DNA of 63,516 nt, the filler included, from Sphacelaria rigidula (lineage: Eukaryota): NCBI GenBank assembly GCA_964200075.2. It is 10 parts of 10 records of this genome, joined end to end, with 100 filler letters (N's around TTAATTAATTAA, not from the genome) between each part and the next. Parts side by side here need not be neighbours in the genome. Positions count along the whole stretch, not along the records: positions 1 to 6,262 come from CAXNAA020021158.1; positions 6,363 to 12,624 come from CAXNAA020021159.1; 8 more parts are not named here. The stretch is one strand, 5' to 3'. The notes beneath the pieces are model-generated. The model saw only the letters and a program-made list of their open reading frames with translations. It was not told the origin of the DNA and ran no database searches. A program made the position numbers and the translations under genes. How positions within the stretch are numbered: position 1 is the first letter of the stretch; every line of letters starts with the position of its first letter. Positions 1 through 12,043 of the stretch are shown piece after piece.

Positions 1-662
1 GGGGGGAATTATATACATTCATATATACGAGCTGGGTCAACAGTAAATCCCGCGTTCGCGTTCCACACCAGAAATTCTCAAGTTTTCCAAATCAGCACGA
101 CTTGAGCATATCGCTGTGAAGTGCAGACCAACCTGGTGACACACGGCACCGCCGCTGAATGAAGAAAAACAGTGACAGAAAATGTACTGAAAAATATATA
201 ACCTTCACGACGGACGAGAAAAAAGAGAATCTGTCAGGATTCGAACTCATGACCTCCATAATTGGAGTCTCCTGCATCACTTGAATTCAACGAGCGCAGC
301 CGTGTCACACAAAAAGTGCGACGCAAAGCCCAGTTTGAGGGGTTTTTGGCCGAAACTTTACCAGGATGTCGTTGACGCGAGTGCCCTATGTGTTGGAGCT
401 TTGTCATCGTTTTCATCAGTTGTCAAGGAAGTTACAGCATTCTCCCTGTTTTTGCTGAAACTTCAACTTGCTCCAACTTCCTGTTTTTTTTCCTTCATTT
501 TTTCTCTGCACCACTAATAGGGTTGCGCGGGTTGATTGTTAGAATGTCGTGTCAAAATTTCAGCGATTAACTATTCGAATTACCAATAGCCCTCCACTCT
601 TTTTCGTTAAAAAATCACTGTCAGCCGGCCCAGCTCGTACGATTACCATGTACACTACTCAC

Positions 663-935
663 TTGGTTCCGAAAGCACGCGAACGACTTTCACCCCGCTC
701 GCCTCCCACTCCGCCAACTTGTCCGTCATGGGCATAGTCTCCTCATTGCGGCACCCCCAGTACAGCGTGCAAGTCCGTCCGAACAATCCAGTGTTCTCTT
801 CCTCCGGCAGCTCCAGCTCCCCGGATTCGATCGCCGCCCTCATCGGCGCAATTCCTGTCCCCGTAGCGGTCAAAATCACATTCTGGACCGGCCAGTCGTA
901 CTTGAAGCCCTTCATGTTTTCTTCGATCGGGAACC
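663..935 (-). CDS. Exon 4 of the FNR-like oxidoreductase (NAD(P)-binding domain); later exons not found in this contig
   Basis: cag|GG TTC completes G-F-P with the G left by exon 3. Contains VILTATGTGIAPMRA (GTGIAP motif) and LYWGCR. Ends at donor A|gtgagt. Confidence 0.92.
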
Positions 936-1082
936 CTGGCCGAGCGGGCAGGCGGCGTCGGCGACGCATTGTAGGGTGGGCAGCGGGGTTCGTGGGAGGT
1001 GATATTACTGAACCCAGTGGGGAGCAACAGCTGTCGTTATGTTGTTTGGTGCACGCATGCTAGCGTATTTGTTTACCTTGAT

Positions 1083-1335
1083 GACACTTTCTACGATTAG
1101 CCCTCCCCAAAAAAAGTTCCTGGTTTGGCGGGGCAAAATCTTCCCGTAAATCGAAATAGAAAAAGTCGAGCACAACGTGCAGCTGGGAATTCCCCCGCTG
1201 GGGTTCGTTTTCGCCAATATTGCCCATATGAGGCGCTTCATGCAACCTGAATCCAAACATCAGGCGCTGTATGATCATTTTTTCCGTGACACTTTCGGCC
1301 TGGTTTATTGGCGGGGGGCTATCGTAAAAAGTGTC
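1083..1335. mobile_element. MITE with GAC...GTC termini and 4-bp TSD (TGAT), in an intron of the oxidoreductase gene
   Basis: TIRs GACACTTTCTACGATTAGCCCTCCCC and GGGGGGCTATCGTAAAAAGTGTC. TGAT at 1079-1082 and 1336-1339. Confidence 0.75.
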
Positions 1336-2241
1336 TGATGCTGCTAGGCCTCCGTGGTGACTCGCTGTCCCCCACCCCCGACTAGAGACAGTGGTCCTCG
1401 AATACAGGCATGCTCTTGCTGCCTCATGCAATCGGTAGGCAGGGCAATACGTGTGGTAGCAACAAGCAGACCAGATCCAGCGAAAATCGATTCGGTCTTT
1501 CGGAGCTCCGGCACCCTTTCGTGTTATGATTTTGTAGTTCGCCATGCCATGTTACATCATGCGCATCCACCGGTCATTGTCCATGTACCCTCCAATCACA
1601 TATTTACAAGTTACATGTAGTGAAGTTCTCACCAGTGAAACGGTGCAAAAGCACGAAAATATGCAGCAGGAGGTGAATCCAGGCGCAACAATCAGATGAG
1701 CAACGGCGGCATGTACGCAAATCAACGCTGGCCAAACCTTCTCAATCCTTCGAAGGAAGTGACATACAATCATCGGCGGAAACGAACAGGCTTTCAGGGG
1801 GATTTCAATTCAATGCAACTCAAACCAGGTATGCCCAGCTAGGCGAGGTAGACGTTCGCCCACAACGCACCGAGGGAGGCGTTCTCCCAACAATCGTCGT
1901 CATTTTTGGACCCGTTTATTTTTTTTCCTTCTTTTTTTTCCAGAGAGAAGAAGGAAGGTGGTCTATCTACTCAATCGGAATCATCTCTCCAAGTGTCATT
2001 ATTGACAACGGTCCGTGTATATTCATTTGTTTCGGCATGCTGGTAACCCTACCGCTGCGTACTCGGGACGAGTCCTTTCCTCCCAAGCGACTTACCCAGG
2101 TTCCCCCCGTCAACTGCCTTGCGCTTTAATATTGAGTATCGGAACAGCACCTCCTACAGCCCGTCGACTTTAATTGAACTATTTTCTCCCAAGGAGATCG
2201 CTGCGACACACGCACTGCAGATATTTATCTGCAGCTGTCAC

Positions 2242-2494
2242 CTTTTCCCATGATGGGGCTCATCTGTACGCTAGAGCCGGCTGCGGCGGACACGAGCGGC
2301 ACGGTGCTGTCCACAGCCTTGACCAAAAAGTCCAGCGTGCCGTTCTCGTCCACATCGGTGGGGGCGTTAGCGATGGCGAAGAATCCTGGCTTGCCGTCAT
2401 CGCCGACTTTGATCTGCACGAATTGCCCGGGGACCTTGTACTCCTTGGCGATGTCGCCCGACTGGACCTTCAGGATGTGCTGACCCTTAGCGAC
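2242..2494 (-). CDS. Exon 3 of the FNR-like oxidoreductase (FAD-binding domain)
   Basis: cag|VAKGQHILKVQSGDIAKEYKVPGQFVQIKVGDDGKPGFFAIANAP...LDFLVK...VQMSPIMGK G|gtgac. PGQFV and the following strand pattern are typical of FNR-family FAD domains. 253 nt, phase 0/1. Confidence 0.9.
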
Positions 2495-3874
2495 CTGCTC
2501 GTTCGTGTATGTGTGTGCCCGCGCGTTTCATGAGTCAACTTTCTGTAAGCTCTGGGAAAAGAATGAGAGCACCGATGGAAAGCAAAACATGAAAGCGAAA
2601 CTCTGAGTGAATATTTGAAAGTAGAGATCACCATCTGTACTTCACTGCTGTCCAGCAGGGTTGAAAAAAGTTCGGAGTCACAATGTGCGCTAGTGCACAC
2701 GGGAACACAAGGCGATATGCGCCACCCGCAGAGACCCCGGAGGCGAGAATTACGAGGTTTTCTGGTCAAAATTCGCAAAAAAACGATCAAAATATGGGGG
2801 CTTAAGCGAAAAAAAAAAAAATCCCTGCCGGCCGGCGAGGAGAACACTCGCACATTTTTTGCCACCTACGGCCAAACATGTGCGGGCCGGTTTTTTTGTG
2901 CGGCAAGCCGCAAATGACTCTTCAAACATCGTGCGCTGCGCGCGAAGTAGGTCCATGATGTGCGCTGGCGCACATGCATGCGCACATGCTTAGTTTGACC
3001 GTGCTGTCTAGTCGGCGTCCGGTTAAGCATGCCAAAGAGGCACTTATGATTACAGATGGTAATGGATTTGGTACGTTGTCGCTCATTGGCAGATCCGCTT
3101 CGACTGCAGTCGTGGAAACGACAGGAAAACAAAAACAAAAATGAATTACATGAATGGGGACACTCGCCAAGTAGAACGTAATGGAGGGGGGGGCGGGGGA
3201 CGGAATGATGGGGAAAGGAGACAAACAAGAACAAAACAAACGGAGTAATCGGAAAAATGACCACCACAACGAATAGAAGAAGACAAGAAAAAAAAACGGG
3301 GAAACACGGGCATGTCCAGGTAAAATCTGGTACAGCTCCCAATAAAAAATAAGTCGGCATGCCGATGTCAGGGCTTGAGGTAAGGAGGCCATACAAGAAA
3401 GCAATATCATCCAAGCAGGTGGCGACTCAGCTATCCGGGGATCGCGGTACTTGTGCGGAAATTTTCAGCCGGCAGCTCTGCAGGACAGAGACACAACCTC
3501 TGCTACGGCCAAGAGAGAGAAACAAACATGGAAGAAGAAAAGAAAAGATGATGAAATAAATTAAAAAGAAGAAAAAATGAAAATCAAAGATGAAAAGGAA
3601 AAAAGGGGTGCAGAAAAAAGAGTTAAATGAGAAAATCGTCGACACACAAATAAATGTGTGATTGCCCTTGTTCGAAGTCACAAATGATGATAATTGACTT
3701 TAATCTTACGAGGCTGGTTTCCCCCCGTGTCCGAGGATTCTCGGTCTGCCCTTTCGTTAGCGTTATAAGGTCAGGACGCAAAGCAACCACCAGTAGCATC
3801 GGTTTTCAGGCTAAGAGTCGAGGGGAGAAACAGTTCATCGCAAAAAAAAAAAAACGAGTGTTAGTGATGCCCAC

Positions 3875-3898
3875 CTCACTCGTCTCTGTGATGGTGGC
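3875..3898 (-). CDS. Exon 2 (24-nt microexon, ATITETSE) of the FNR-like oxidoreductase
   Basis: cag|GCC ACC ATC ACA GAG ACG AGT GAG|gtggg, phase 0/0. It gives WSK-ATITETSE-VAKGQHILKV, supplying the first beta-strand region of the FAD-binding barrel. Confidence 0.75.
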
Positions 3899-5911
3899 CT
3901 GTCCGGGAGCAGGACCAAATCAATCCCAAATTCCAGCGGCAGCCCAATCGATCGCATTGATTTCGCAACATGAAACAAACAGAGCGAAGACCGATCGACG
4001 GCGGAGACCCCCCAGGCGGGGGGCGAGCGAGGGAAATGAAGGACATTCAGACGAATCGAAAGGATAGCGTGAAAATGAGGCAACAGGCTAGCTACACTTG
4101 CGCTTCACACCCAGGTGTTACGCGTGTCCGCATCGTGGAATCGTCCGGATTCGTTTCCTTGGCATTTTCGCTAAAGCTGAACTAAAATTAATACGATGGT
4201 GTGCTCGTGTGAAGGTGGTACATAGTAAGGCTGGACTACCAAGGAGGAGGGTCTTTCACGGACACGGGCCAAGAAATGGGCGTTTTTGTTCTGCATATTT
4301 CGTGGCCATCCCCCAAGCTCGCCCTTCGACAGTACAGTACGGTACCATGCAGAAAACCGAAACCCGCACCAAGGCGGGACTACGAATAAGGCGGGTGTTT
4401 ATGGTTTGTCACTATGCCGTCCGTACATGGGTGTACCACAGCATGCACAATTCTGACCCGTAAAATCAAGCGCATCTCAAACTAAGTGGGCAAAAACAAG
4501 GATGGCATGTCACACACAGACACCCACTTCAAAACACGCCTCCAACCCGTTTCGTAACCGTTGCTGCCACTGAAAGCAAAGGCTACAGTAACATACATGG
4601 GATACGCTCTCCGCAAAACCAGCACTTCTGTTGACTTCTTCTCTGGTCAAGTATACGCGCTCAAGATGAACCGCTTCACTGCGCATCGTACACGCAAGTC
4701 CCCAACACTCGTCACAGCAGCCGTCGCAAACGGAGCCATATGCATATCAGGATCCAACTTCGAAGTAGTACACTTTCCGTCAATTGAAGCAAATGATGAC
4801 CACTGGCGAATTAGGACCCCCCTGATCATGGACATGTTCCCACACGTCTGCTCTACTGCCTTGAGGAATAGTCAGCCGGCCTACAGTCTGGTCACCGCAT
4901 TAAACGGGGTCAACCCGCCCTCCTCACCTCAACCTCAAACATTCTACACCAACACCGCATTAATAGAGGCACGATGGCGGCGGCTCATCGGGCGCTTCGA
5001 CTGGAGTACTCTAATGTATAGTAGACGACTGGTGAAGTGCGGATGGTCAATGCATTGGTCATGAACCATGGTGCGAGTAGGCAGTTCCACTGGTGGCGAT
5101 GAACTATTCTTCGATTCCTCCTCCCCCGCCCCCCCGTCATCAAACACCCACTACAGCGACCTGGTCTCTGGAGAAGAAGAATTACGAAGGAACGAAACAT
5201 ACACCAGCTGAGTTTCAGGACGGTTCTACTGTGGGTACCATACGGCACGGTACCACTACCCGTCCTCACAACGCAGCCTCCATACGCATGAAGGCTTCAC
5301 GAAAGCGCCATATTGCACCATCGCCATCACGTGATCGATAATCGGCGCACTTCGTAGTCATTGTTATATGCTCACTCTCGTGAATGCTCTCATGCCTAAC
5401 TCGTACGATGATTTCGCCCTCTCTACTCGTACAGCAGTTGGTGACTGGCTAATACCAACAACCTTTGAGCGAGTGTACGTGGATCGCATGGCCATACGAG
5501 TAGAGTAGGGATGTTCATCACGTATGCCACTACAGGATGAGGTGGCACACCGGGCGATGAGTTCTTCCTGATCGGTTTCCTAGGGAGCGGGTATCTTCCC
5601 GTACCAATGAAGCCCATCGATTGGTTGGTGGAAACAAAATGAATCACGGCGCGAGCTGTGAAACAAGTTTCCGGGACGGTTCTTGATGAAATCGAGCTGA
5701 AGCATTTGATTACTCAGCGGCGGTGGAAGGGGGTGTTATACCCCGTCCTCTATATTTGCGCATGTATGGCGTTGTCTCAGGCCGTCTTTTCCTCTAGTGC
5801 ATGCACAATATTCCATCGCATGAAGGCATGGATCACTTGTACACCTGCAACTCTGGAAAATACATTGATGCTCATCATCTCCCCACGAACATATCATAGA
5901 ATACAGCATAC

Positions 5912-6115
5912 CTTGCTCCACACGACGTCATCTCCCCATGCCATCCTGGGCGCCGCCCCCACTCTTTGCCCGCCTACATGCTGCGGCCTACTGAGAGCGC
6001 TGGAGCGACAGTCATTATACAGTGAGCTCGCGCGTAGCGCAGGAGCATGGATTACGAAGCTATATCCCACAGGAAGCAAGCACAGCAGTAGCGACGACGC
6101 TGCGGTAGCCTTCAT
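5912..6115 (-). CDS. Exon 1 of a plastid-targeted FNR-like FAD/NAD(P)-binding oxidoreductase (signal peptide plus transit peptide)
   Basis: ATG at 6115. Translation MKATAASSLLLCLLPVGYS-FVIHAP...RMAWGDDVVWSK shows a hydrophobic signal peptide, then a Phe at the predicted cleavage site (ASAFAP-like), then an S/R-rich transit peptide. It ends at a phase-0 donor AAG|GTATG. Confidence 0.85.
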
Positions 6116-6262
6116 GATGCTGTGAACCGTTTGACAATGGAAACACATGCACATGAAAATGGGGGAAGGTTGAAAATGGAAAATGACTACGAGCTGTGCC
6201 AGCCCAGAAACGGATTTAACCTGGCAGAGCGATATCTCATCACCGGAAACGAATTGGGCCGT

Positions 6263-6362
6263 NNNNNNNNNNNNNNNNNNNNNNNNNNNNNNNNNNNNNN
6301 NNNNNNTTAATTAATTAANNNNNNNNNNNNNNNNNNNNNNNNNNNNNNNNNNNNNNNNNNNN
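6263..6362. other. Artificial contig spacer (N44-TTAATTAATTAA-N44)
   Basis: Six-frame stop linker, repeated identically every 6361-6362 bp. Confidence 0.97.
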
Positions 6363-6837
6363 AATTCCTCCCCCCCCTTTTGGTCAACCATCCCTCCAAC
6401 ACCCTGGATTTTGTGATTCAACCCAGCAATGATTCGCCCAAACCGTGAGATATTTTACAGAAGTATAAAGTAGTTTTTTTTTTTTCGGTGAATGCTTCCC
6501 CGAACTATATTGGAGTATCCGGAACAAGGCTGAATATCCCGCCGAAATTTACCGGATTGTTCGGCAAGCATCTCGGTATGATTTGGTACGCCAACCAAAA
6601 ATACCCGACTTGTGGGTATACCCTAGAGAACACAACCTTGCAATATTTGACGTCGTGACGTTTCATCCTTCAGTACGTTTTTGCATTCGACGATAGTATT
6701 CATTATCCTGCGAGGGCTTGGTCGGGATGGTGTCCAACATTTTTTCGTCATTTTTGCATAGTAGTCGATAAGCCGCACGAGCTTGATTGCATTCACGCGT
6801 GAATTTCCCCACCCCATCTGCTGGGTCCAACCGCCAG

Positions 6838-6933
6838 GCTGTAAGCTCTTCCGAGGGATTCGCAGCTCGTGTGTCGGAGTTAGAAGGTCTGGTTGAGGAC
6901 CTTCGGAGTGATTCACGGCAGGCGAGGGAAGAG
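6838..6933 (+). CDS. Internal exon of a coiled-coil protein (gene is 5'-truncated)
   Basis: cag|AVSSSEGFAARVSELEGLVEDLRSDSRQAREE|gtacgt. 96 nt, phase 0/0, heptad-like E/L/R pattern. Confidence 0.75.
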
Positions 6934-7522
6934 GTACGTTTTGATGCAAGGCTTCATGGACCTGCGATCATTTTTGTTGTCGGAGGTCACTGACATTTCT
7001 CTGTTTTCGACACCTCTGCTGTCTCATGCCGCATAAGTTGCACATGGCGGTCACATATCTACATTTGATCGCGCCTTTCCTTCCCCTCACCTCCGTTTAT
7101 CCTCCCCGATCCTACATGGGGTTCAACCAGCAGACGGATCGTTGGCCGCGAAGCGTCCTCGCTTGCTTGTAGTGTCGTCAGTGTAATCACATTTCCTCTC
7201 TTGGCCACTGATGTTGCATACGAGCGAGTCCCTAGTTCGTCAAAGGAAGAAGTGAGTCATCTTTGCCCCCCGGTGTATATTTCTTGCACTCAATTGCCGA
7301 GCATTGGATGATAGCCAGCATTACCGCAGTCCGTCGATCTTCATTGAAAGATTTCGGCAGCTCTCTCCAACGATGGAAACCGTCAAAATGTTACTTTCGG
7401 ATGTAACCATGCCGTCTCAGACGCATATCCTCACCGTGGGTCTGAGCGGTTGAACCAATGTGTTGATGAGAATAAAGCCATGCTGCTGCTGTATGGTATC
7501 GAAAACCGTCCAAACTTCACAG

Positions 7523-7668
7523 GCGGACAAGCTTCGCGAGCAGCTCAAGAGCGCGGAGGCATCCGTCGATGGTGCGGGAAAAGAGAGAGAAAGTTTGCAG
7601 TCCCAGCTGCAGGTGGCCACTGCGGCGGCCGCAGATGTCGAAGAAGAGAAAAGCAGGCTACAAAATAG
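7523..7668 (+). CDS. Internal exon of the coiled-coil protein
   Basis: cag|ADKLREQLKSAEASVDGAGKERESLQSQLQVATAAAADVEEEKSRLQN AG|gtggg. Phase 0/2. Confidence 0.78.
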
Positions 7669-8197
7669 GTGGGCGGGTGCATGTGTGTGCGCCACATTCG
7701 AGATGAAGGCATGGGCGAGATTTATACGCGCTAGTTGAGAGTTGAGATGCGGCCGTCAAAAGGACAGAGAAGTACGCTGCAAAATATTTCTTGCGTGTGT
7801 ATGTGCACATTGTCATGTGCCAGGTTTTGTGTCCAGGAATAAACAACGGGGAGCAGGCTGCAACACGAGCTCCCTTTGTGTGGTCGTGCATGTGTACTGT
7901 GAGTAGTGAGGCAGGAGTGGTAGGCGAGTGTCGCCAATGTCCAGCAGTCGTTCGCTCATGTGCGTGCTGTAGAAATGTAGATTGTGTGTAAAAGCGGAGT
8001 GCAATGTAAGCGTCGAGACTCTAGCGTAGGGACGACCAACCACTGCATTTTTGCTTCCCATCATTCCACTCGTCGCTTTCTCACGCCGGCACCACAGTCA
8101 CTTCTCTCTCAGCACCCCTACGGTCTGGGTGCACAGTACCCCATTCTTATCCTCGCTTGCACGTTGCCCGAAAATCTTACGACTCGCCCCCCTGAAG

Positions 8198-8384
8198 CGT
8201 GGCTTCGTTGATGACCGCATTGGAAAAAGCCACGGGGCTGCGGGGCGAATCGGCAACATCGGCGGCGGCAGCGGCGGCAGCAGCGACACCGTCTACGCGA
8301 TCACCGTCACCCAGCTCTCCCTCTGCGGAATCGGGATCGGTAAGTGGTGGTGACGACTCGGAAGCTGCACGTACCACCATCGTG
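8198..8384 (+). CDS. Internal exon of the coiled-coil protein (A/S/P low complexity)
   Basis: aag|C completes the phase-2 codon, then VASLMTALEKATGLRGESATSAAAAAAAATPSTRSPSPSS...TTIV|gtatgt. A second in-frame donor TCG|GTAAGT lies at 8339. Confidence 0.7.
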
Positions 8385-9174
8385 GTATGTGTGCGGGTAA
8401 CCTCGTTTTACGGAAGGCTAACGTTGTTCTACTGGCCACGAGACCCATGAATAGCACGGGCTTTTTGATGCTCCTGGAATGCCTACTACGGTGTTGAAAT
8501 GCTTATCATTGTTCCCTCTGCAAAATAAATGCGACCGAGAACGAATGAATCAGACTCGCCGATCACGTCGAAACCACTCGGCAGTGTACACTTCGCAGGC
8601 TTGGGTTCCGGCGCACAAGGCACCGCAGAAGTGTTGAGGTTCGGGGTAACATTCGGGGGTAGGGTTCGGGTTTGGCGATAGCGACGAAGTCGTTGCAACA
8701 ATTCCCGCCTGCGGGCGACTCGTTGCAGACAGAGTGCTAGAGAGAAGTTGAGTGTGAGGGGGACCTCCGTTGGCGAGACCCGAGGAGTTTTGAACTAATG
8801 TTGCGCATTAGCGGGCGGTGCACGGCTATTTTTCCATTGCTACTTCAATGTAAGGCAACCTACATGGTCTGTATGCCACGAGATGCGCATTTTCTCCTCC
8901 CCCATCATCTTGGGGGTGAGTGAGTGAGTGACCTACGCTGTTCATGCTCTACGGTATTCCTCGTCTTGGCTTCAATATTTTCACGGCTACAATGCGTAAA
9001 TAGCTCTCGATGGTGCGACGTTTCGACCGTGCCTGACCCCTTATCATTTGTGGAAACGTGTTTAACATGCAAAATAATTGCTACCGTATTGCGCGTTCAA
9101 TGTGATTCTGGGCATCACCCCCCCCCCCCCCCCCCCTCCCCCCATCCACCCCGCCAACCTCGTCGGTATTCCAG

Positions 9175-9393
9175 CACCACGGAGCGTTGACCGAAACGGA
9201 ACTTCGTGAAACCAACGAAACGGTCACAGCGATTGACGACTTCCTCGAGCGGGCGCAAGCCGCTGAAGGGCATGAAGACCAGGCCCGCGGTCGACCTAGT
9301 GATGAGGAGCATGGGGATGGAACTGGGGACTCAAAACCGCGAGGCCGCGGTTGGGTGAAATCGGACCGCTGGAGTCGGCAATCGTCTCGGTAG
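9175..9393 (+). CDS. Probable terminal exon of the coiled-coil protein
   Basis: C-rich tract then cag|HHGALTETELRETNETVTAIDDFLERAQAAEGHED...SSR* (TAG 9391-9393). Phase 0, compatible with the previous exon. Confidence 0.6.
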   Translation, partial: HHGALTETELRETNETVTAIDDFLERAQAAEGHEDQARGRPSDEEHGDGTGDSKPRGRGWVKSDRWSRQSSR

Positions 9394-10299
9394 TTACTGT
9401 AATGATGGCAGGCAGCAGCATACTTTGCTAGGAGGACTAGTGGTACCCCGCTTTGATTTTGGGTACTTTTGCTCTCTTTTTTCTCTCAGGGAGAGGGCGA
9501 GGGGAGGCGGTGATCAATACGTATTTTAAAGACACGTTTCTGAAGCATCCCACACGTTTAATTAGAGTAAATGAAGCGCTGGACGCACAATTAGTTACAC
9601 GGCGGTTCTTCTCAGGTGAAGTGGGGGGCGGGTAAGGAAGGTTTTCCCAGCACACCCGATTTGATAGTATACAGCGGGAGGACTCAGCACAGTACGGCTG
9701 ATGAGTGTACTCCTGTTTATTTTTAGTATCGACTGCCTCGAAGTTCCGAGTAGCTAAGGGTACTCAGAAAGTACCGTTACCGAAATACCCGAGTACTCCA
9801 GAGTTTCTGAAATGCGCATGCTCTACTTTTGAACGATCTCGGAAGATGGGAATTTCAACTCTTGGACACCCGAAAGTTCAAACATCATAAGCGCACGAAG
9901 GCACTCCCGTGGCTAGGCCGGCCACTCTTGTCGACATTCCGAATTTGGTACATTCCAACAGCCGCGCTCCGGTAGCCGAATAGTACAAGTGAAGCGATTA
10001 TTAGGTCGGAGGAATGCAGGTTATACTCCCGGAATATGTTTTTTCTCTTTATGGCGAGTAGCTCACTCCTGTCGTTGAATCGTGGGGCGGGACTTCCAAA
10101 GGTATTTCATTTTGACCACAGTCGTCACTGTGTGGAAGTGTTGATCCGCGGTGCCAAATTTCAAGGGTGTTTGGGGGGGGGGGGGGGGGGGGGGGGGGGT
10201 CCCCCGGGACTTGCCCCCCAAACCCCGACGGCCCTTTGCTCCGCCCCCCNNNNNNGGTGGGGGGGGGGGGGGGGGGGGGTGGTGGGGGGGGGGGGGGGT

Positions 10300-10331
<32 letters not shown>

Positions 10332-10334
10332 ACG

Positions 10335-10646
10335 GGGGTGTACTCATGATCATGCCTCCCATAGCCATACGGCCATTGAGCTCGCATCCCTACAAAGCCG
10401 GGACGAAGCACGCCGGTTTTTCGCCGGACCCCGCTCGCACTCTATCTCCAAGCGTGAAGCGCCGTCGTGTGTTTGGCGAGTCGTATGAAGGGTGAGCTGC
10501 GTCCTGTTAAGGTTGTTCGGCCCGAAGCCTACTAATTGTCTTGCATTTGGATGACAGCCTCCAATAAGTTGCTTTATTATCTGGTATCGCTACTTCCAGA
10601 GACGGCCACGGCTTATACACTGCCTCATGGGTGTCTCACCATTTAA
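10335..10646 (-). mobile_element. Short non-coding retroposon, family A, with poly(C) tail (seen as the G tract at ~10173-10330)
   Basis: Homologous to 11401-11570, 37047-37227, 45467-45757, 57406-57465 and 59591-59648. The sense strand ends ...ATCATGAGTACA followed by C runs. Confidence 0.7.
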
Positions 10647-11400
10647 ATACTACGTAGTACGACCATCCCCTTTGCGCGGAGTTGAGGTTCTCCCACGCCG
10701 CACAACATGATCTAGCTTGGCTACCATCCTGGTTACCGCAAAAAAACGCAAGCGCGCAAAAATAAGTCAGTAACCTGGTTTAATTAGCTTCCGCAGTGAG
10801 TGGCGTGTTTTACAGTATCATTGCCAACCGACGCCAACCCCATAGGGGGTCGGCGTGTATGGGGGAGAGATGGGCCGATCTGTTGCGACGACGGATTGGT
10901 CCGGAGGAAGGGGCGGGGTTGAAATTGTGCCATAAAAACGAGCAAAAAATAAGAGCGACGATGATAGCCGCACCCAGGTGGACTGACTAGTACAACTGAA
11001 ACCATTTAGGGTGGAAGAGTGCCGCTTTAAATCCCGCCAGATGTGTATGAGTGTTTTTTTCAGAGGGGTGCCTGATTTCCATTTAAAATGTGAGGATGTG
11101 AGCGTCAATTTCTTTTTTGTCGAGAGTCGACGCAGTAAGGGAGTACTGATACAATCAGCGACAATACCAAATAGTAAGGCATGTGTGTAGGGGGGAGGGT
11201 GAGATGAGTTGATCCGTTGTGCCCACAGATTCATCTCGAGTGTAGGGAAGGGGTCGCAAGTGTAACGGAAAAAAACCCGATCAGTATCGGTCCCACGTTT
11301 GATCAATGACTCGTTGGAGTACAATATGGTAAACGCCGGTTAAGTTGAACTGAAATGCGTTAGGTACATAGCAAACATCGGCCCAGTCGGATCGGGAGGG

Positions 11401-11570
11401 GGGAGTGTACTCATGACGATCTTGCATGCCGTAGTCGTTCGAGCGTTGACCTCATACCCCTACAAAGCCGGAACGGAACACGCCAGGGTTTCGTCGGACC
11501 ACGCTGGCAGTCAATCACCAAGCGCGAAGTGCCGTGATGTGTTCGGCGAGTCGCATAGGGGGTGAGCTCG
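11401..11570 (-). mobile_element. 5'-truncated family A retroposon
   Basis: Aligns by eye with 10335-10500 (tactcatga...tacaaagccgg...gggtgagct). Confidence 0.7.
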
Positions 11571-11582
11571 ATTGGGAAGGTG

Positions 11583-11661
11583 AGGGGGGGAGCGGCGTAC
11601 TCATTTGTTGCTTGCCTTAGTCGTTTGACCATTGACCACGCATCCCTTTCGAGACGGAGCA
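11583..11661 (-). mobile_element. 3' tip of LINE family B
   Basis: tactcatttgttgcttgccttagtcgtttgaccattgaccacgcatcccttt matches the 3' end of the LINE at 58966-59585. Confidence 0.7.
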
Positions 11662-12043
11662 GGGGGGAGCGGCGGGGGCGGGAAATGTAGCCATCCGCGG
11701 GGCGTTTGATGACAAGTCGCACATTGACTCTGGACTGGCCCGCTTCGAATCTATCTGCCGTGTTTCCAAGATAGGGGCATCTACCGTGAATTTTCGGGTC
11801 GTCTCGACTGTCTTGGCCTGTAGCGTACAGGCGGTTAAAACGCTAGCTAGCTATGGTGAGGGTATTTCTGGAGTCTTTGAACTGTAAACAAAGGGGAAAA
11901 TCGAAAAATAGCTGCCCACCAGGACATGAAATCAATGTATCCCCCGCGAACATGCTCACAGTCCCAGGTAGGGGTGTTTCCGCCACGCTGCCCCGTATGG
12001 CCCGTATGGGATGCGTCCCCCACAGCTGAGAGGTATCGCTTGA

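Noticed and set aside
3450..3478. Alternative 27-nt microexon (SCRLKISAQ) for the oxidoreductase
   Set aside because: The donor is weak, and the peptide fits the FAD-barrel strand less well than 3875-3898.
6307..6318. TTAATTAATTAA as a regulatory or recombination site
   Set aside because: It is an assembly linker embedded in Ns.
10036..10495. Poly-Gly/poly-Pro ORFs
   Set aside because: They are translations of G/C homopolymers around an N gap.
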